Of a stretch of 64,000 nucleotides of DNA, positions 11,401 through 24,198 are shown piece by piece. A model generated the notes under the pieces. The model searched no databases and was not told where the DNA came from. It saw nothing but the letters and a program-made list of their open reading frames with translations. How positions within the stretch are numbered: position 1 is the first letter of the stretch; each line of letters opens with the position of its first letter. The translations under genes and the position numbers were made by a program. Source of the stretch: Utricularia gibba (Eukaryota > Plantae > Magnoliophyta); NCBI GenBank assembly GCA_002189035.1, contig CM007991.1:2666001-2730000 (forward strand), written 5' to 3'.

Positions 11401-14400
11401 TTTACAACATCGGTGATCATGTACTGAGGCTCACCCTTGATACCCACTTTAGTAACAGGGGTGTACATGTAAAGCAAACATGAATCAACATCCTCCAAGG
11501 ATATTTTATATTCTTCTTCTTCTGCACCAGAAATTAATACAGGATTGCCATTCCACTGCTTCCGTAGCCAGCTGCAGGGTAAAAAACAAAATTAAGATTT
11601 CTTTCTCTAGCAAAGATGATGACATCAGCAAGGGAATAACCTTGAAACACCTTTCCCTGGCATAGCCCCACACCACGCAACATCAGCATGCCCCTTTATA
11701 GTGCTTCCTTCCACCAGCTCCCCACGTGTATCAATGTTTAGCACCTTGGGAATTCCAGTGCCTTTCAGACATCCCAAACGAAGAAGATTTTGTGAATTTA
11801 TGAACAAAAAAAATGACATGGCTTCACTAATGAATGTTAATCCATGCAAAAGGCAAGCAAAGTATGTCATGCGGCTCCAATCTTATGTATCTTTGCAATG
11901 CCTAAAAACAATGAAGCACACAAAAAACCCTTGAGAAAAATAAAAAATAACAATAGCCTAAAAATGGTTAGGATGAAAAGGCGAACTATACATGTTACGT
12001 TGATGCTATGTGAAATATATCAAATTGCAGGAGATCAAACCATGAAAAATGAAAGGGTGGGAGAAAACAGTCAAGCACCCAGAATAACCAGTGAATCAAC
12101 AAGTTGTGAACACTATACCTGCAGAAACTGGCGCAGATATTGCATAAATTGAAGCATCGCCAATATCTCCTTGTACTGGTGTGCACTCCACTTTCAGAAG
12201 CCTCCCAATATCATCATGCTTGGGAACATATTTCTGGGGAAGTGTTGAAGAGAAATTATAATTTGAAAGGATGAAAGAATTAGATGAATTCTTAAAACTA
12301 CCGAACCTCTTCACAAGCATCATCGATCTTTACAAAGTTTGAAAGACTTCTGTCTCCGATAAACCACTGATATTTTAAGTATAAATCAGAGCCAACATCC
12401 TCAGCCGATTCTCTAACAAACTCAAAGTGGCATGCGCAAGCATCTCCCTCAAAAGGAGGGTCAATGAAAGCCTTTTTAAGCAAGTATCCAGAAGGAACTT
12501 GTTCCTTCCATTGCTTGAGCAGAAACATGAACGTAGAATCTGTGGTGCAGAAAGATTTCATGAGAATTTGGAGGAAAAAACAAAATTGTAGCACGAACTA
12601 TGATTCTGGTAGCAGGAAAGCAACAGCCATGGAGTATTTGAGCATTCAACAGCTATCAAGTGACCATGAGTGGTCACATCAGTAGATCTATGAACTCTGC
12701 CGGAGTCTTAACAGATGATGGTGCATGGACTTCATATGAAGCAAAAATAGAGATAACGTACTCTACAAGGTTGTCATGTTCAGATCATGCATATGCAAGA
12801 GTCACACTATTGCATGCCAAATCTAGCTTAAAAGAGCTCTTTTTTTCGATGACAAAAAGAAAGAAAACCAAAATCATAGTGACTTTTGCAAAGTTTTACC
12901 TGATGCTTGTTCCGGACGACACAAATCCCATCCATCTCGAATGCACAAGGCAGTATGTGGAGGATACCGTTTGGCAAGAGCCAACTCATCACGGGAGAGA
13001 TCTAAAATAGTTTCACATTCGTTAATCATTTTTTGGTAAGAAGAAAAAGTTGAATTTTCTCGAAAATATATCAACAATGCAATTCATAGAAATAGTAAAG
13101 GCGAATCTGCTACAATATACGAAAAACGGATAAAATAAATGTGAATTAATGGAATAGTTGATGAATAGAGCAGTTTGTGAGAAAGTAAGGTCCATTAAAG
13201 TATGGAACTTACCCCTATCATTAAACTTTTTTAAGGTTGGCCCAACAAGTAAAATTGAAGCAGCTTCCAGATGAGACATCTTAAGTATGGGATTCTCCTC
13301 TACACGCAAATGCTGCATATATCATTGTTATATAAATGGATAACCAGGAATTGGATGGTTAGGCATACTGATACACTTTCTCATGAATTCTCAAAGCACA
13401 CTAAAACTAAGACACTCAACAAACCTCAAGGACTGGCAAGTAAGGAAACCCTTTCAAAGTGGATATCTTATTTTTACTGGCTGCAAGAACCTGTAAAGAA
13501 AACAGTAATCTTCCATAAACTATCATATGCATGGACCTTAGTATTAGAAAATTACCTGCAAACGAGGTTGGCATGCCATGGAAAGGGACTTTAACTTATT
13601 TTGAGCAACAGAGAGAAACTGTACAATAAAAATGAAAAGGATATAATCATTCTGAGACAAAATCCAACCAAACACGTAGAAAGCTAGAGACAAGACAATG
13701 TCAGTGGCATACCTCCATGTTTGGAAGTTCAGGGAGGCTCTTCAAAGATGTGATTTGATTTCCAGCAAGATAGAGTTGCTGGGGAAAGGTAAAAGAAAAA
13801 TTATATCATTCAGCTGTAGGAAAACCCTAAATACAACTAATACAAGTAAAAAAAAAAAAAACCTGCAATGCTTTGCAGTTCTCAAGTGGCTCAAATCCAG
13901 GCCCTTTGAAATTATTAAAACTCAAATCAAGAACCTGAAGAAACCAGCATGATAAAAAGAAAAGGATAGGCGTGAGCTAGCAATATTGGATTGAAGCAAC
14001 TGACATACATTCAGTAAAGAAAACTCTATCATCAGCTTTTTTACATAAAAATACAGGGACATAGTCCATATGCACCTTCACCCTTTTCAAGACATCAGCA
14101 CCCTCCAATGAGGATAGCAGGTTATCTCTAAGATAAATAAACTGCAAAAAGTTATTAGCAGGAGGAAACGGATCAAGAACTAGCGAATGCTGGTCAAAAC
14201 CAATAACGAGCGGTGCAAATAACTAACAGGAAATAACAGAACTTCACATTATCTCTTTACCTCAAGATTTTCAGACCAGTTCACTCCACCAACACTTTTG
14301 AGACTATGAATTTTCTGTCCACGAAGATCCAATCTCTACACACACACACAAATCATTCAAAATCAACTTATGTAGCTGTAAGATCCACCAAAGATGGGTG

Positions 14401-15219
14401 TCAGTAGCCTACCACGCCATCATTTGCTTTCACCTCAACCTGTGGTAACATAATCAGGCGTGCATCCCGACTGTTAGACGACCTAGCCTGGCTAGATACA
14501 GTAGGTGAGTGGATAGAATGGGAGGAAGACCTTGAGAAAGGCCTTCGTGATGTGCTGCTACTTCCCGTGCTCTCTAGTGATGGAGAGGGTATATTTGAGG
14601 AATTCGATGACATTGAAGACCTCAGCGAAGCTTTTTTTACGGAATCCTGCTTGTTTGAATTAGAACTACTAGGTGTCCTAGGGGTCCTGGTATTCGGTGA
14701 AGCAGGAGTTGATTGTTGAGCCAACACCATGCTGCCTCTGGTGGCAGGCCTTGTGTTGATGGAAGAAGCTGAGGTCCGTCTCAATTCTGGAAGAGATTTT
14801 CTCAGCGTTTCTGTAGAATTGCTGGTTCTTTGAGCTGCAGAATCAACATTATTGTTTTTTTTGCTCATCAACGTCGGTTGCTTTTCATGTAAACCGCCTG
14901 TACTGCTTCTTCTAGTAACTGGGGTTGATCCCGATGTACGGGAAGCGCTGCTTATAGTGGGCTTCGTCAAATTTGATAATCTATCCGCCGTTACAGTTGA
15001 ATCTGTATCAGCAGTAGCCTCCATTTTTCTTTTCGAAATCCTACCAGCTGCAATGGGTGTAACCGCACTCGCTGCCTGTACCTTGTTTCCTTCTTTCGCA
15101 GTATCAGTGGATCCCTCATAACGCATATCAATATTTCCCGGTTCATCGTGTAATTCTCCTGCTTCGGATTCTTTAGCTTCAGCATTAGTATCCATCTTCA
15201 CCGGATCTTCAGAAGCCAT
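5473..15219 (-). CDS. AIR9: AIR9, large microtubule-associated protein (Ser-rich basic N-terminus, LRRs, A9/Ig-like repeats), many short exons
   Basis: N-terminal exon with TPVTRRSSTGG, LRKSLPELRR, DARLIMLPQVEVKA; LRR exons RLDLRGQKIHSL and FLSVAQNKLKSLSMACQPRLQ; repeated Y.GG.EG.S...W.R A9 units; C-terminus RIVVDSENEADLMVQTRHLRDVIVLVIRGLAQRFNSTSLNTLLKID. ATG at 15219. Confidence 0.95.
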
Positions 15220-16536
15220 GGACACTAACCACCGAAAAATCCAACACGCTCAGAAGGCCCAGTCAGCCCCCTCGATAACAAGAGAAGGCGGCACTACAAG
15301 TTCTACAGAAAATGTTCACTGAGTTTTCGATTCAGAACTGAAATGCGCATGAAATCTCCCATCAGCAGGCAGAGAACCTTGCGAAGAACAACTCTCGGCA
15401 AAATTCCAAGCAAAAGCTAGTGAAACATCTGGTTCATACGTCAATTCCAGATTTGAACCAAATGTCGCTTCCAAAGACTCGGATTCACCCACCCGAAAAC
15501 GACATAAAACCAACCAAGTGCTGAACTAAAAAAAAAAAAAAACACGATCAGCATCCTCAAATTCGATAGCATGCCTCCATTCCATCCAATAAACTATTAA
15601 AAGCACAATCCCAGTCAACAGTGACGACTCCCCTACATCGACATTGTTACAACACACTACACAAAAGCATCAAGTCTGTAGACGTCAAATACCTCTGAAA
15701 CTTCAGATCTAGTATCAGCACAAGGAAAACGAAACACTTCAACAACGTCACCGATCTTTCATGCTTCTAAACAACGCCGCATTCTGCGCAAGCCAATTGA
15801 TTCTCGGTTCCAAACGGAAAGCAGTCCTTCGCAGTCAATACCTCGCCCGCTTTTTCAAAAGTATAAAAGAAAGGGAGAAGCGTCAAGCTTTATGGCAGCC
15901 TGTTTTTATATTTTTAATTTTATTGAGTAAAAATAAATAAATATGTTACTTTATGTTAAAGAAATATACTTAATTTTGATTTAAAATGACATGTAGAATA
16001 ATGAATTAGTTATCAACATAATTTTCTTATTCCTTTTTTAATTAATTTTGAAACATAAATTTATATATTAAATTGATCTACTTTCCACCTGAGAGGTGAA
16101 AAATGACCAGTGGCCCGGCACCGGAATTGGCTCGTTAAGACAACTCATGGCGAAATCTTGAGTCAAAAAATTCCCTCAACGATGGTGATCTTTTCACTCA
16201 AAGATCGAGACGGAGAACTGCTGGCCCAGCCAGACGGAATGAAAACGATCGCCGGGCTGTTGGGCAAGCAGAACGGCGGGGGCTTCTTTGTTCTTCATGA
16301 TCCAAAGTGGTGCCCCTGTAAACGAGAGTAAGTTAATTCAATCAACCGCACTGAAGAGGAGGAGATTCAATGACACATCGCCGCCGTATTTCGCCGGCGG
16401 TCTTCATCATCATTAACATCGTCATCAATTCTGCTCTAAACTGAAGAATTGGGGAGGAATTGCAATTTTTAAAGTGCGATAATCGTAACAAGACCGGTGA
16501 GAGAATTAGTGACAACGCACATGCTAAGGCATTTTG

Positions 16537-16973
16537 TCAAACAGTTGCCGGATCGTTTGCTGGCGGAGCAGTCACCTGAGTTTTTGGAATGTATTTCCAG
16601 CACCTTTTATGAACCCCGCTTATCTTCTTCGGCGCATCGGCCGCCGGAAGGCCGTTCTTGAAAGCAAGGCCCCAAGCCTTCCCATGCCGCCCATCTTTGT
16701 AGAGATTGATTTTCGTAATTTCGTAACTTACCCCTGTCCAGTGTGTCTTCGCCATGTGATACCCGATCCCCCAATTGGGCAAAAACTGCGCCACTTCAAA
16801 CAAATTCTTCTTCCTTTTCCGCTTGGGTTTCGCTGCTGCGCTGCCATTGACGGAAGGACTTTCCACGGCCGCGGCGGTGCAGAAGCTTCGCAGGTATCTC
16901 AATGAGCTTCCGATGAAGGACGAAGGCTGCCCCATCGACAAGGGGCTCTTCGCAGCATCTGAGACGCCACCAT
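16537..16973 (-). CDS. Mitochondrial small ribosomal subunit protein mS34-like, intronless
   Basis: KNLFEVAQFLPNWGIGYHMAKTHW.GVSYEITKINLYKDGRHGKAWG...KKISGVHKRCW. Likely ATG 16973 needs one extra C at 16942-16945; otherwise the start is ATG 16935. Confidence 0.85.
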
Positions 16974-17008
16974 TACAGACACGATCGCTTCGGCGCGATC
17001 GCCCGATC

Positions 17009-17074
17009 AGGGTTTAGGGATTCTCCCTCCTCCGTCCCATTTACTTGGGCCTTAAGAGCATACAATATTGGGCC
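17009..17074 (-). promoter_or_regulatory. Telo-box plus two site II (TGGGCC) elements, proximal promoter of mS34
   Basis: agggtttaggg at 17009-17019; tgggcc at 17046-17051 and 17069-17074. This combination is typical of plant ribosomal/mitochondrial gene promoters. Confidence 0.6.
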
Positions 17075-17664
17075 CTAGGCCCCCCACTCCATCTCCATTT
17101 GATCTAAAACCTATTTTTGACCCAATTAAACAATACTTGTTCAACAGATTAATGTTATAAAAAGTGATCCCAAAACTGGAAATTTGAAAGAAATTACCAA
17201 ATTTCAGAAATAATTTTCTCTTATTAAATAATAGACAAGATTTGAGAGATACTGTGTGTTGGAAAATGGGTTAGTCTTTAAAATAAAAAATAAAAACTAG
17301 AGCACGCTTCTGTCCGTCTGCAGACCGGGTTCTCTGCCAATCAGACCCGCAAAGCCTGCGTGTCTGCCATCAAACTCACGTGACTCCCAGTTCACCCCCC
17401 ACCAACCAATTCCTCTTTCCAACAGTAGGGCGCCACGTGGCGCTGCGGCACCGCATGGGACCCACCGAAAAAGACCCATATCATTCCAGTCTATTTTTTC
17501 GAAATACTTGGTGAAAACAGAGTCGATCTTTTACACTACTACTGGTACTACAACTAATGCTAGTAGCCGAAAGCCAGAGGAAGCGGACCCATAGAAGCAA
17601 GGAAACGGCTCCATCTGGTGTGGTTCAAAATACATGGGGACGAGACGATATCATGAACTTGGGG

Positions 17665-20600
17665 TCAGAGGAAGGACCAGCTCATGAACCTGAAGGCAAG
17701 GCAGTGGTTCGACTCGTCCTCGTTCAGGACCTTCCACACCACTCCCTGCTCGTAGGACACCGGCCGCCCCATGCTCGACAGGCACACCCCACCGGGAAGG
17801 TACGCGAAGCCCTGAAACAAAACAAGGGTATCGGATCGAGGAAGAGAACAATCAAACATGAGAGGGCCGCAGCCTGGGGTCTGGTCATACAACCAACCTG
17901 CTGCATGATCTTGGGGAATTCTGCCACGAGAAGCTTCCGGCCATTGTCGTCCAGAACCTTCTCCAGTGTGATGTCCTGAAGCATCGCCACTGTGGTCTCC
18001 AGCATGTCCAGACCAGCCTGGTTCGCAAACGTGAAGACAGCGGAAGCCTGAACGGAGGGAGGAGATCAGATGTGAATAACGAACAAGGTTGTCGGCATTT
18101 GAGACTCACGTTCATTCTCACGGAGCAGCACACTATGGCGTCGCCATGCTGCCAGAGGCTTTTCAGGACGCCATCTCCGGCCAGTGATTCGCCTGGCACA
18201 AGCTCTGTGCCGGTGTGCATCCTGCAGCATGTTGACATGAGTGAGAATATTCGAAAGCAATACGAGGAAGAAGCAGACACGTGATGCGGCGGAGATCATG
18301 CCTGAAACTTCCACAAATCCATCTTGATAGGGTGACGGCTGCTGGAGAACAGGGCACATGCTTCGGCATCGGATCGGAGGACAGGGGGAAGGAGCTATGG
18401 CCATGGCCACTCTTTGCACGCAGCCCACTATGTTTCTAACATACTGCCGAGCCATCACTGCAACGCTGTCTCGGTTGTGGTTCTCAAAAACGAACTGGAA
18501 CGCGATGGTCAGAACAGACCTAAGATTCAGGCTGCTGGATTCGATCTGACCAGCTGGGCGTGGTGCACCTTGCCCAACTTCAAGGGCGGATGCCAAGTCA
18601 AGAGTTCGAGCTGCAGCAGGATCATTCTGCAATACAAACAAATCTCATGACACAGCTCCGACCAACGAAGATGGTTAAGAAGAAAGGTGATCGCAACTGA
18701 TTTGATTTCCAAAGGGATGACGCGAAATCCAGATGGCAGCAGAGGAGCTTCATCGCCAAATGATTCATCAATGGGAGCAAAGACGAGTTGGCTGCATGAT
18801 CCAGATTCCATTTCATCTGAACCGCTACACAGCTTCAGCATAATGAATGTTATTCAGCATATTTTGTGTCAGAATGAGTTGAAGTTCACAAATTGCACTA
18901 AACCTGTAGTAAGTAGACATCTCTGGGCATTGCAACATCCTCAGGGGAGAAAGAATGAGCCGCCAGGCGAACCACATCCAAACACTGCATAAAAAAAATG
19001 AAGTCAGGTGTAAACTCACACAAAAAGCAAAGAAAGGTTATCCACCTCTTCATTTTCAATTGATTGTGAAAGGGGCAATATGACTTGACTACTTGGAAAT
19101 CCTCCAGTCTTGAGGCATGGAACGGTGTGAGGAGTGTGCTTAAGAGAAGCAGCACAATACATGTCTATTCCATAATCAGCCCACTCAGACCGATGTTCAC
19201 GCAGGAAACGAACAAGCAGGGCAGGTGTTACATTCTGCAATTGCAATGAAAAATAACAAACTGGCTGTTTCAACGACATACACGAGTTTGGATCAAGGAA
19301 AGAGTAGATAAAAACCTGGAGAAGCATCGACGCCCGTGAACACAGTACACCACTGCCTGCTGGAAGCATGGACATGCTGCTGAAATGGGTACCAAGGAAA
19401 CTGCTTGGAGAATTGTTGATTGCAATGGTTACATCTTCAACCCCATCATTGCTCATTATTGACCATCCGTCATTTGCAAATCCATTGATGGCATCATTGA
19501 AGCCCCTGAAGTCATGAATCACATTAAATCGCCAAAAAGAACCAAACACAGTTTTTCCAAAGAATACAGTTCTTACCTGCAAAGCTTGTGACTTAAAGCC
19601 CTCAGGACAGCAGGTTGATGGCCACCATTTCGTGGGTTTTCACTGTTGGTTTCTTGAGCAACTTGTCGTACATGGCGTAGAGCCTAAGAACATAAAATCT
19701 TGAATTCCAGTGGATATAAAAAATAATCCGATAAAGCTTTTATCTTTACCGCCATAGTCATTTTCTGAGCAAGAATTTTTGAGGATTCATAAAGCGGCCT
19801 TAAGACTTCAGGAACAATGGTAGCCTGTAAAAAGTATCACAGGTTAGAGACCTATGCGATCAAAAAGACCAGAAGATCATAAGAAAACAGCATCAGAATA
19901 AGGTCTCACATCAAAGTCAATGTGATCAACAATATGGATGATGGAACTGCCACCCTCACAAGGCCGTGCAAGAAACCCACTAGGCAGCATTTCGGCTCTC
20001 ACAAAACAAGCATTCGACGGTCCATTTGGTCCACCGGTAGAAGATGTCAAGGATCTCTCACAAACCTGGAAAATGTAAGACCAACTAAGTGTTTTACAGG
20101 CTTCATTGAAGTGCTGCCGTAGTTCAATTATGTGCTCCTGTGAAGCTAGAAACAACAAATAAGCAACAGCTTACCACGACACTTCCATCATCCAAGCTTG
20201 TAGTATACCTTAACGTCCAAAAGTCACGAGCTGAAGCTAATGTGGTAGGTGCATACACCTACACAAGGGAGATGCCATATTGAGCAAACTGCAACAACCT
20301 TGACAAAAGAGAAGTAAAGCAAAACACTAACCTGCATATATATGAGCTCCAGCATCCCTCCATTCCCTGTGTTTATTGTGCTAGTTACATCATGGCACCG
20401 GCAGTCAACCAACCAAGACAAGCGATCTTTAAGAATGTCTGCAACCTAAACAAAGGCAAATTGCAGTTACATTTTACCTCTTCCAAGTTCCTTACCAGAA
20501 TGAAAACCAGTCAAGATACCTTTCTAGGTTCAAGACTAACAAGACCACAGGCTCGTGCTGCCACACCTTTAGAGTCGCGGGATACCGCAACAATGCCAAT

Positions 20601-22172
20601 AGAATCCGGACCAGGCTGAGCAAAGATAGATGCAATTGAAATACATGAACTAACAGATGCAGCGGATATACAAAAACAAGATGGGTACCTTCATCCCAAT
20701 CATCTGCACCCAATCGACAGCAGTTCCAGTTGCCTTACCAAGGAACTCTGCCAGGGTCTCCTCAGCAATTGCGAGTAAACTGAAACAGAAAAAATAAATT
20801 CCTTGATATACCTCTGAAGCCCGTACCACAAAAAACTAGTACATCAAGTGGAGATGTTATCAGGAAAATACCCAGCTGGGCTATTTGCATCCCTCTGAGG
20901 ATGCTGATGTGTTGGGTTCTGCTGTTGATGACGACTCATAACTACTGAATCACAGCTAGTATCAGTAGTAGCCGTGCTAACCTGAGAGATAAACATGCTT
21001 AAGATTTTCTGAACTTGAATGTAGAATAAACCAAGTAGCACGCCAGGAATGCTGCAAATTTTACTCACACCGTGCAAATGCTGACGCATGTAGCCATTCT
21101 GATAAACCAGTTGTGAGACCTGCTTCTGGAGCCGATCATTCTCTTCCATCAGCAGCTTATTCATGGCTGACAGCTTTCTGTTGACGGACTGAAGACGTGA
21201 CGATTCCTTTCTCTGTTTTTCACGACATCTAGACACAGAATACAAGTTACTAAAGCTTAAGTGCTCATACTGAAGCAACGCCAAATGTAATGTGTTTTGA
21301 GTTTCATCAAGCTAAACAGTTTTTGATAAAAATATGCATATAGAGAGCAACATCCTAAGCAACTGCAAAGCGTCAATATTTTGATAAATTTCTAAAGAAA
21401 CGAACATGAAACTGTACTAATAACACTAATCCTACCACCGAAAACAGTTAAAAAAAAAGACAACTAGACTTGAGAAAAAAACAAAAGAACTGCGAATGAT
21501 ACCAAAAAAGCTACTGGATTACTGAGGTTTCCCAATGTATCTCAAAATGATCAGACATTGCAAAAGGAATTCCCCTGCACCCTGGGGCAGAAATCCCAGG
21601 AAGTACATCCCGAATTACGGCTCATTGCAACTCCCAGGATGAAAGTTTAAACAATATACAGATCCTCACTCAGCCACGAAGAAAGAAGACATATTTTGCT
21701 CACCAAGACTATCATTCAGAGACAAATATTGCAGGAAACACAAAGTAGTCTACAGATCATCTTATTCATGTTAGAAGTCATCTTTAACTCACCAACACTA
21801 TCATTTGGAGTCAAATATTGCAGGTGACGCAAGGTACTGAACAGTCATCTAAATCATTACCGTCCCTTGTGAAACCAATGATAAGGGACCAAAAAAAAGG
21901 CACAGAAACATTAAAAGGGAGCGTCGTTCAATAGAAACAACATACCTACGGTTCTGAAACCAGACTTTGATTTGCTTTGGCTCAATGTTTGAAAGAATGG
22001 GGCATTCCCGAATAAGCTGTTGCCTCCTCATGGAAGTGGGTTTGGGACATTCTGCATAAACCCTCTCCAGAGCCTCTACCTGCTCAGGTGTGTACCTGAC
22101 ATACTTGCTGTCCATGGCGGCTTGCTGCTTACTGCTAACGTTAATGGATTCCCTGTGCATAGAAAGCGCCAT
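17665..22172 (-). CDS. PHB: Class III HD-ZIP transcription factor, PHABULOSA/ATHB-14 clade (HD, bZIP, START, MEKHLA)
   Basis: MALSMH...KYVRYTPEQVEALERVYAECPKPTSMRRQQLIRECPILSNIEPKQIKVWFQNRR; START exons; LLPSGFRVIPL; terminal HCLAFRFMSWSFL. One apparent -1 frameshift at 18384-18388. Confidence 0.93.
20606..20700 (-). promoter_or_regulatory. miR165/166 target site, assembled across an exon junction
   Basis: Minus strand ATTGGGATGAAG | intron 20688-20616 | CCTGGTCCGG, the conserved HD-ZIP III miR165/166 complementary site. Confidence 0.92.
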
Positions 22173-24198
22173 TCTAGTGAAGAGAAAATTCCACTAAGCC
22201 AAAACCTTCGTGATCGACCAAATGGCTGCATGAACGGTAAGGCTCTCTACCCACGGAGAGCCCCATCTCTCATTCTTCGAGATAAAAGTTTAGTAAAGTG
22301 GGCTGTCTGCTTTACGTTATACCGAACTGCTGGGAGGGGGGACGGGAAGAGAAGTTTAGAGAAGAAAGTGGCGAGAGAACTGAGAAATGCCGCGGTCCAA
22401 TGGGTTTTATCGTATATGCGAATCTCGAGGCACCCAGAGAGAAAGTGAATAGGCAAAGATAGAATGGGAGGGAAAGAGAGTAGATTTCACTACTACCCCC
22501 ACCGATTAAACCAAACCATGGAAACTCGTAAAGAAAAGAAGGAAAATCCCGAGTCTCATCAAATTTGTTTACCCATAAATCTTCATCATAGCTCCTGAAA
22601 TGTAAGCCAAAATGGGGAGCAGAAGGAATGGACAAAGGAGAGAGTTTTTTTCGAGGATTTGGTGCTGCAAGAATCCGAAAGGTTCCTTCTTGGGTAATTC
22701 AAAAAGGCAGCTCTAGGCCTGTGTAAGAAAAACCCATCAAGCACGTTCATGCTTCTGGCATTTGGCATAATCATTTTGGAGCATTAATTGACAAAAGCAA
22801 AGCCACAAACATTCATACCACTACATTTATGGAGGAAAAATTCCGATTTGCGAAGAAAATCTCGGCCATGTAGAAACATGGAAGGCATTAAATAAGTGAA
22901 AAAGATTGAAGAGAGTAAATAGAATAGAAAGCAGCAGGGGGGCGGGGACACCTTTATCGGAAGCAGAACAGCAGGCCCATTTTCAGAGCCTATAGCTCCC
23001 TCCATCGGCAAAACAAGAAAAATCCACACTGCTTCCACCATTGTCGTATCTCCCCTTAAAAATCAATTTTTTTTCTTAAAAAAACAAATTTGAGAAATGG
23101 GCGTGATCATCATACATTCTTCTGTATAACCAACCATCAACAACCTATTGTTCTAACCATCCACCTGACCCATGAACCAGAATTTGACTGCCCATCGGTC
23201 CAAACGAACATCCTGCCTGATTCCTTACCATTTGGCGTATGAATGGGGGTGCATCATTCATTCCAGTACTCAAAGACAGAAGATGCATTGCCATTACACG
23301 CCCAAGTGTTCGTTTTTCTTGTCCAAGGCCCTAACAGACCAACACTCCGAGACTATCTGCTTGAGCAGAACAATCCCAGTTTATTTTCAGAACTTTCTGC
23401 ATCCTGATAACCCTCAACAGGGAGGTGAGAAAACAACGCAGGCACTTATCATTTTCAAACAAATCCAAAGCTGATCGTGCCTCCACTCATCACAGGCTAC
23501 AAAGGGAACTACTTTTTACTTTTCCAGTTTTAAAATCATCTACCCCTCGGGTCAAACATGGAACAGCAGCTTGTATTTGAGTCTTTGACCTAGAAGGATG
23601 ATCCCTGGCCCAACCAACCACTCCGCATTTCAGAACTAAAGCACGAGACATGCTAATTACTTACTGTAAAGCTGGCTGCTCCTTGGGCCTTGGTGCCCCG
23701 GAGCCACACACCAACAGTCGCAGGCGGTTTAGACAAGCCAAGCCGAGACTTAATTGTTAGGGCTTAGAGGGTAGCGCCCCCCATGACAATGAGACAAGAA
23801 AAACCGCAACGCCTCCTCAAGTCGAGACAGACTACGGTGATTTAGTTCTTCTGCACAAGGGATTAAGATTGACCCGTGGGCTAAATTGGGTCCGCGGGTC
23901 ACAACTCTGACCCGCGAGCCATCTTATATTCTATTTAGTTTTGGTAGCTTTGGGACACATTAAAATCATTTGAAACCGAGGTCTGTTGCGTAATTTTAAT
24001 TGTGAATTTTCAGATTTTTTGAATGGAATAAATTTAAAAATTATTTAGTTATTTCGGAATAATTATAATTAATAATAAAAAATCGTTAAAAAAGCGCTGT
24101 TTTTAATTTAACAAGAAAGAAAGAGTGGGGAAAGGACGACGTCGTATTTAGGGGACAGGTTCATGTTGGCTGGACGATCGTCCAAGGTCTGTGGCTCA

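Noticed and set aside
13635-13643. ATATCCTT on the minus strand in AIR9, resembling a U12 donor
   Set aside because: Lies inside an ordinary GT-AG intron whose flanking exons already join in frame.
17009-17019. CCCTAAACCCT (minus strand), resembling a telomerase RNA template
   Set aside because: Lies in the mS34 5' leader next to site II elements, so it is a telo-box. No USE/TATA Pol III promoter upstream.
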